Positions 57,201 through 64,000 of a DNA stretch of 64,000 nucleotides are shown here, in pieces. The position numbers were made by a program, and so were the translations under genes. Below the pieces are notes generated by a model that made no database searches, had not been told where the DNA came from, and was given only the letters and a program-made list of their open reading frames with translations. Position 1 is the stretch's first letter. Every line of letters starts with the position of its first letter. The DNA comes from Ruditapes philippinarum (lineage: Eukaryota), in contig NW_026858768.1 of assembly GCF_026571515.1 (NCBI RefSeq), forward strand, positions 124,001 to 188,000, read 5' to 3'.

Positions 57201-60200
57201 CGGGAGTTTGTTGATGATCATTTAAGACATACTAACCGTATAACAAAGCATTAGGTGGTCTGACCTGTAGGTCACAAAATAATTTATAAAGAATTCTGAG
57301 GCAACGGTGAATATGGCCTATTTTTTTTTGCGTAACAAGACATCTATACAGGATTTATAATTTATGCTGCTCTATATTTTTTAGAATAGAAGAAAGTGTC
57401 AAATATTTAACACAAAATGGTGATTTTATCCATGTTTCTCCAAGTGTTACAATATTTCAGCTGGGCTTGTATTGCATTGAGATGAGAACACAATCATTTA
57501 GGTTTTCCAGATGCATCTATGGCACATTATCTTGAAGACGTTCTTCATCACAACATATTGACATATTGTCTATTCCTTCTTATCACATTTGATCTGTGGG
57601 ATTTTTTTTGCTTTATTTGTTATTTATTATTATTATTTAATGACCAATAAATGAAGAATGTTGAAAACTTTTTCTCAAATCGGGCCAAACATCAAGCATA
57701 AATTTTATTTTTCAATATAACTCTTGAGTAGATTTCATTATTATCTTTGCCTCTAAAACTTTAAGCGTTTTAATGTTACAGTAACGGTTCAGCAAAATGT
57801 TACCGATGTTTTAATTAAAATTTGTGTTTTTTCATAGAAAGTAAATGTATTGAAATTTGAAATGATTTTTTTATGTTTCAAATGTATCCAACTCTGAATT
57901 CTGTAATGCATAATCATGACATTAACTTCTACAACATGCTTGAAATGATAAAACTGAAAGCCTCATACGTTTCCGGGTTTCTCTCATTTTTAGCTCGACT
58001 TTTCTATGAAAAGGGGAGCTATCCTACTCGCCCCGGCGTCGGCGTCGGCGTTGGCGTCACACCTTGGTTAAGTTTTTCGTACCACCCCACTTTATTTCAG
58101 AAGTATTACAAGTATGGCTTTGAAACTTACCATACTTGTTCACCATCATAACCTCCATCTACAGACAAGAGTACATAACTCTGTCAAGGTTTTTGACAGA
58201 ATTATGGCCCTTTTTTGACTTAGAAAGTGTATTGAGCTTGGTTAAGTTTTTTGTACCACCTCACTTTATTTCAAAACCATTGGAGGTATTGCTTTGAAAC
58301 TGACCATACTTGTTTACCATCACGACCTTCATCAACAGACAAGAGGACATAACTCTGTCAAGGTTTTTGACAGAATTATGCCCCTTTTTGACTTAGAAAA
58401 TACATTGAATATGGGTAAAATCCACTTATTGCCTTAACCCTTTGAGATATTGCTTTGAAACTTTTAATGCTATTTCACATCATTACCCCCATCTGTACGC
58501 AAGAGAAGGTAACTCTGTCAAGGATTTGTTTTAAAAATTAAGGCCTTTTATCGACTTAGAATCTTGGTTAACTTTTTTGTACCAGTCAACTTTTTGACTG
58601 AACTGGTTGAGATATTAAATTGAAAGTTGGAATACTTGTTTACCATCATGGTCCCAAAACATGGGCAGGAGAAGGTAATTCTGTTAAGGATTTTATTTGA
58701 ATTATGGCCCTTTTTGACTTAGAAACTCAGTTAAAATTTTCATTCTTGTCCACTTGTTGACTTAACCATTTGAGATATTACTTTGGAAGTTGGAGTTCTT
58801 ATGTGCCATCATGAGACCTATCTGTAAGCAAGAGAAGATAACTCTGTGAAAATGTTTCTTGATTTGTACTTAGAAATTCCTAGTTAAAGTCTTGTGTGCC
58901 CTTAACTGTCAAAGTTTTGTTTTATAGGCAAGCACTAAAAAAGTCGAGCGCGCTGTCCTTCTGACAGCTCTTGTACCACTATGTTGCCATGGCAACAGAA
59001 CCAATTTATGTTGTTGGTAGAATGAAAATCTACCTTTTAAAAAATTAAAGACTTAAGAACATTTTAAAATGTAATCTTGTTGGTTATTCTTAGTCTTAAT
59101 AATCATTATATATCAGTTCACTAGAAATTGGGACTCAATTTTCGTGTACCCCACCCACTTTAGGAATGTCAGAATCCACATTCTTACACAATAAAAATAA
59201 AAATAAGGGTACATTTAGTAAGTTGTTGATCAGGTCTTTGTATAATATGGTAAAAATATTAGTTTTCACCACTATGCCTCGACTGATAGGAAAAAATGCC
59301 AGCCCCATGTCGATTTTTGATACTTTTTCATGCTTTTTTAGCAAAATTTCTCTATGAAAACAAGAGTATATGTATAAGAAAAAGGAAAAGGACCCCTTTT
59401 CATATTGTTCCAATAGGATGTGAAGTTTTAACATCACCTGTACCAAAATAAATACAAAAAAGAACTAATTTTATCATATAAATTGAGTATTAGCCATTTT
59501 TCAATAATTTGGCGGCCATCTTGGCGGCCATCTTGGATTTCTCAAAACGTACCATGATTTGACATGTCTACCCAATTTTTTTGTAAACTTCAAACATTTA
59601 GCTTTACATTGGTATAACATTTATCCATGGACCTTTTTTGCACACAAAAGGTCCCCAGGGACTGTACTATAAAGTACAATTTTAAGTATGAATGCGTTTT
59701 CTTATTGTAATTCTATAAACATATAGTTTAAGATCTAAATGTTCTGTTTTATTTTATGCTTTTCAGTGGATTACTGATTTATCCGTGAAAATTATATTTG
59801 ATAATTACACAGTGAAAATTATCAAAATATAATTTCACTTTTTTCAATGACGAAACTACTTTTTTAAGATTTTCCCCATGTGGTACCTCAATTTTATTTT
59901 TACCGACAATTCTGACAATGTCAGGCTGTTAAAAGAAATAGCAAAGCTGAAATAGATAAATAACTTAAATGTCAAAAGTAACACAGAGAGAAAACTTACT
60001 TCTATTCCTTCAAATTCCAATCACCAAATTTTGTCTCTAATTTTTTTTTGTTTCGTTTTTACAGTCTGAAAAATACATTCCTTCCCCATGCAAAACGGGC
60101 TCTTGATGACATTTGGGCATATTAAAGTATCCTACGAGCAATAACTGCCGTATGCTTTATGAAAAATTGAAAAGCATTGACAGCCATCATTCGTAAAATA

Positions 60201-62637
60201 AGTTAAAACAACCCAGCGTTCCTTCAGCAAGCTTCCAATTTTTCCATTTTCCTAGCTCCTTTTCTGAATGTTTTCACTTCTGTCAACACTTATTTTTTGT
60301 CTGTTACAATCCTCAAATAAGTTTTCTTTCTTTTAAAAAGGTGTATGACTAACAAATCCAAATTATATCCTTCTGAATCTTACACAATTATTTTCCTCCC
60401 ATGAAATACACAACTTTAAAAAATGGCTGCCGTTTACATTTTAGAAAGCCAGGTCTAATATAAATTCGCAGTAAGTAACAGAAATATGGATGGATGGTTG
60501 GAATTTTCTCCTGCAAGAATTGTTTGTTTTTTATGATTAAAACAAGCGATCATTCATATTTTTTTAATAAAATGAATAAATATCACCGTCATTTAACCTT
60601 GATTGGCGGACTTATTTTTCAGCTCAAGACTTCTTGTTTTAAATGAGAAATTCCGTCTAAATGGGGCTCTCAATGGGGGAAACAGATTTTAATATTAACG
60701 TTAAAATTATGGAAATTTCGTTTTAACTTGTTTTTAAGCATAAAATAAAAAGAAAATTTGTCTGTTTGTTGTGTAAGATGTAATTTTATTTCATCTCGTG
60801 AACTTTAAAAACAGTATTCTCACTCGTGGCTACGCCACTCGTGAGAATACTGTTTTTAAAGCTCACTCGATGAAATAAAATTTCATCTTACACACAAACA
60901 AACAAATATCCTCTATATCATGTGTTATACATGTATGTATATTGAGAACGAATTAAGGTTACAATTTGAACTACGTCGAAAATGATAGAAAATTATGAAT
61001 TTTTCCCATCTTGATTTGGAACTTGAATTTACCTTGTCTGTCAAAGTCCTGGTCATTTATGGTCCTATTATGATGAGTATCTGTCAGGTAAGATAAAAGC
61101 TTATTAGAATAAACAGAATTTGAAATTAACCTCAAAAAGAATAATAATAAAAAAAGAAATTTCATATCAGAAACTTGAATAAGGCCACATGCTGAGAGAA
61201 TTCCACATATTGTTTAAAGTATACATGAATAAAGGTAATTATTAAAGCGTATTTATGATTATAACATATTAGGTAAACTATGTGATTGGAATAAAATTAT
61301 AGCCTTTTAGAACGTTAAAATCACTGATAAAACATACATGTAGATAAATATTTGTTTATTTTTTTAATACAATCGAACGCGTTGATATAACTGAATTCCT
61401 TTACGTTTTGAAAGAAATGTTCGAAATTCAAATTAATGCAAATATCAGTAAGTTATGTGTTATGATAATAACTTACGTAGTATTTAAAAATTCATCACAG
61501 ACATATTAAATTTGTACAAATTCATTACTTTTAATTATAATATTTTAAGTCAATACACTAAGTTACAATAATTACACTAGAAACAAACCTATGCCAGTGT
61601 CTTTAGAGGCTAATATATCCGGTATAACAATATAGGATTTGGTCAACACCATGTCCCTAGCGCCGGTCTCATCTATGATTGTCTCTGGGTCCACTCTCTG
61701 ACCCCTCCTGCCGTGCAAGCGGCGACGTAGACGGTTCATGATTCGAGCCCACTGTATAATTAAAATGATTATGGCCATGTGTGGTTTTATTTACATTTTA
61801 TTGTTTTCATTTTTGATTTTAAAAATTTGATTGAACATAATCTACTTTTTTCGGGGGAGCGGGGATTAAATATTTCTATATCTATTACACATGACAACGG
61901 GAAAAAGTTAAACGAAATTTGTTGTTTACAGTAAAATCAACGCTGATATATTAATACATATATTGTTAATGTCTTTCGATTATGTTACAGAAAATATTGT
62001 TCATCTATTCCTGCATAAAGTGAGGTCTTTCTCCAACTTAAAAAGTTCTAAAAATCGCCATGTGATCTCTACTGCCCCCCCCCCTTCCTCCAAACTAGGC
62101 TAGAGAGTAAAAAAGTAAAATTAAGAATGATATTACGGTAAGGATAATTAAAGTACTATATGTGTATTTACTCTTTTGTTACACGCATCTCTCAGTCTCA
62201 CACACCAAGTAAAACAGCCTGTTTTCTCGTCTTCAGACATTGCAAAGTATGTTGTCGTAGTCAACGCCAATGTTAAGTTTGTTATCGTTACTAAAGAGCG
62301 ACGTTGAACGTTTAATGACGTCATGACGTCAGATGAGAAAGGGAGATAATTCAATGTATTTCCGAATGCAATAGATTTATTAAAAACATTTAAAACATCG
62401 GGAACAATCACTTTACATGCCTGTCGCTGGTGACAACTATGTTGAGCTATGTCATTCTATCAACATGTTTATCTCCTTAACATTTTACTCAAGTGCTTTA
62501 GGTCGAATAATTGCCTTTCAGCCTTGAAAATAAAAAAAGGTATCGGTGATAATTCATTTTTTTATTATTTTGATTATTATTATTTGTTATTGTTGTTGTT
62601 GTCGGTGTAATTATTATTATCATCATCATCGTCGTCG

Positions 62638-62698
<61 letters not shown>

Positions 62699-63676
62699 TA
62701 TTATTTACAACAAGTCATAATATTGAAAATTAATGTTAATAAAACAACCGTTTTCTCAATTTTTATTTGTAAGGCAATATTATGGAACGTCATTATCGCC
62801 GTTACAATGGCAACACTCTCAGCATTGTTGACATGCGCCGTGTTACTGATTCCAAGAGGCTTAGACCTCGTACCTATCAAACATGGCCAGGAGATACAAG
62901 GTACGTTAGTTTCTTTCCATTCTTCTATACATAGGGATGACGTCATATATGTATGGCGCTATGCTTCGAACTTCTTAGCACAATCCGCAGAAACTTTGCT
63001 TTACGGAAACTGGAGGTCAGGAAGAAGGCTGTCTATCAGATGGTCATTTTTTCCGTCCATAGAAAATAATTACAATATCACACCACGCTGAATATTTCAA
63101 ATTGATTTGCCCATCACTTTATCTCTACAATACTAGTCATCATTTCAGGGAAAATAAAAATAGCTACCGATTTAACAGCAAGACCGGACGACACGGATGG
63201 AATAAGTTGCCACCTGGACACTCTATATTTATGGTGTCATTTGGAAGCCTTCAAATTAATGGCATAGATCTAGTTTTCATGTCAAAACTAGAAGTTGACC
63301 TGTTGATGTTTTCGGGTCTTGAGTTATAGTTGCACTTTTTCAAATATACAGCTCTTTGTTCTATTGAAATGTGATGAAATAAATTTGAGTTTATTTCAGT
63401 AATGAACTTTGTAATGGGTTTGACAATTTTGTTATTTTAAGATATTGTTTGACGTCTTAACATTATATCACATTACAATTGACAGAGTCAAGTTGTGACT
63501 ATTTGCTTTGAGCAGCTAACTACAATAAGATCATTACTGTGCATTACATGTAGAAGAATTCACAGATCTACTATCTAATAGTTTAATGATTGCAGGTATA
63601 GATATGGTATTCCTGCAACAACAAGCATATCCTAGTGGTGACATTGTTACACCATTTACAACAGATTTTATTGAAG
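42289..63676 (+). CDS. amt: Divergent ammonium transporter (Amt family), at least 12 exons, continues beyond the window
   Basis: Phase-consistent exons: 42289-42409, 43141-43260, 43887-43976 (CQIGFAMVQSG), 44335-44562 (FWAVGYA..WLLQF..ER), 44765-44853 (RWAW), 46220-46363 (DQGGSGVIHMVGG..LGPR..GHSLP), 48184-48375, 48803-48865 (NG), 49089-49227 (IDDP), 49805-49902 (VHLGGGLWG), 62774-62900, 63596-63676 (GID..AYP). The first two exons are the least certain. Confidence 0.9.
42697..43003. mobile_element. TTAA-flanked MITE in Amt intron 1
   Basis: ttaa|agctgcataccttcagata ... tatctggaggcatgctgct|ttaa, i.e. inverted termini with TTAA on both sides. Confidence 0.8.
44872..45700 (+). mobile_element. 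HINE/Helentron-like element in Amt intron 5
   Basis: Subterminal inverted repeats gctcgactattc / gaatagtcgagc, a (cgtcgg)n microsatellite, about 164-bp internal tandem units, a 3' hairpin gctgtc-ctacc-gacagc and a tcttgt end. Confidence 0.85.
46937..47913. mobile_element. GC-rich non-autonomous TIR element with CCCGG/GGCAGAGCCC subterminal repeats
   Basis: Inverted ends agcc..tctcacttac.tcccggcagagccc / gggctctgccgggatgtaagtgaga..ggct, with an AT-rich core at about 47280-47440. Confidence 0.8.
48478..48546. repeat. 22-bp tandem repeat, 3 copies
   Basis: Unit atagaccttagtgattagtgat. Confidence 0.85.
49935..50130 (+). mobile_element. 3' fragment of a HINE-like element
   Basis: gaatagtcgag..gctgtcctatcgacagcttttgt end, as in the 44872-45700 copy. 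Confidence 0.65.
51102..62240 (-). CDS. Uncharacterised ~195-aa protein; antisense gene nested in Amt intron 10 (candidate small AKAP-like protein)
   Basis: Six GT-AG exons with matching phases: 62240-62172, 61751-61589, 61080-61033, 51871-51737, 51460-51350, 51163-51102 (TAG). Total 588 nt with no internal stop. Confidence 0.75.
54660..55775 (-). mobile_element. Reverse-oriented HINE-like element with tgaccttgacc tandem units
   Basis: Repeated blocks gagcggacacgaaatgtagacttt / tgtgaccttgacctt / tgtgccaagtta, and a (gacg)n microsatellite next to tataatcccc. Confidence 0.65.
57987..58974 (+). mobile_element. HINE/Helentron-like element nested inside the long-TIR element
   Basis: gctcgactttt / aaaagtcgagc inverted repeats, (cgtcgg)n, internal tandem units, a 3' hairpin gctgtc..gacagc and a tcttgt end. 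Confidence 0.85.
60757..60906. repeat. 150-bp palindrome (about 73-bp arms, 3-nt loop)
   Basis: ...gtgtaagatg..attttatttcatc..ctttaaaaacagtattctcactcgtggc-tac-gccactcgtgagaatactgtttttaaag..gatgaaataaaat..catcttacac... Confidence 0.85.
62316..62331. promoter_or_regulatory. Tandem full cAMP-response elements (TGACGTCA x2)
   Basis: TGACGTCATGACGTCA lies 76-91 bp upstream of the nested gene's ATG. A third TGACGTCA is at 62938-62945. Confidence 0.65.
62570..62705. repeat. Compound trinucleotide microsatellite (att/gtt/cat/cgt)
   Basis: Direct reading of the sequence. Confidence 0.9.
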
Positions 63677-63769
63677 GTAAATATCTTCAGTAATTCATCG
63701 TTATTCCCCCCCCCTCCCTTTTTCAATTTTTTCACGCCAATTTTAATACATTTTTGCTAATCCCATATG

Positions 63770-63900
63770 ATTTCTGAATCGGCGGTAGGAAACAATTAAT
63801 GAGTCGATGTCCGATGTAGTTTGTCAAGGACCTAGGATTGAACCAGCGACCGCTATATTACAAATCTGATGCTCTCCCTAATGAGCTAAGCGGGTGGATT
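63770..63900 (-). mobile_element. tRNA-derived SINE head, reverse orientation
   Basis: The reverse complement reads ccacccgcttagctca...ggttcaatcc. A similar head (ccgcccgcttagctc) occurs at about 21222. Confidence 0.55.
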
Positions 63901-64000
63901 AATCTTTTATTCCAAATATAAAAGTTTCTGATAAATTTGAGTCGATCTTTTACTATGAATTGCATGCAGCAGAAATATCACGTCACAGATATTTGCTTTG

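Larger units (their letters stand above)
51918..59669. mobile_element. 7.75-kb non-autonomous (foldback-like) element with about 700-bp terminal inverted repeats
   Basis: 51918-~52630 is the reverse complement of ~58980-59669 (tagtacagtccct..ggaccttttgtgtgc ... ccaagatggccgccaagatggccgcc ... gttgccatggcaac). The ORFs 52090-52335(+) and 59135-59446(-) are near-identical mirrors. No transposase ORF is present. Confidence 0.9.

Noticed and set aside
52090-59446. Two similar ORFs (QVMLK.LHILLEQYE) as duplicated genes
   Set aside because: They are mirror translations of the two inverted repeats.
62498-63091. 181-aa poly-His/Arg ORF and poly-Met ORF
   Set aside because: Microsatellite translation. 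Only 62774-62900 is coding (Amt exon 11).

Overview
AT-rich, intron-containing animal genomic DNA. The gene families and repeat types point to a bivalve mollusc (inference). Six protein genes can be supported from the sequence. (1) An intronless-CDS GT32/SUR1-like glycosyltransferase (-). (2) A cGAS-like receptor/Mab-21 nucleotidyltransferase (+) with an intact catalytic triad, an ISRE next to a kB-like site before a putative 5' non-coding exon, and a frameshifted 3' end. (3) A convergent RING-less B-box/coiled-coil/NHL-propeller TRIM-like gene (-) with one in-frame TGA. (4) A multi-exon SLC16 monocarboxylate-type transporter (+). (5) A 12+-exon, strongly divergent ammonium transporter (+) that keeps the twin His but has lost the Phe gate. 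(6) A six-coding-exon antisense gene that the ORF track shows only as fragments, nested in the 12.9-kb intron 10 of the Amt gene. It encodes a ~195-aa protein with a Cys/basic N-terminus, an RVxP motif and two AKAP-type amphipathic helices, behind a tandem CRE. The rest is minisatellites (51, 40, 25 and 23 bp units), tRNA-derived SINEs, MITEs, Helentron-associated (HINE-like) elements and a 7.75-kb non-autonomous element with ~700-bp inverted repeats. No CRISPR, rRNA or intact tRNA gene was seen. All gene models were built by hand and are untested.
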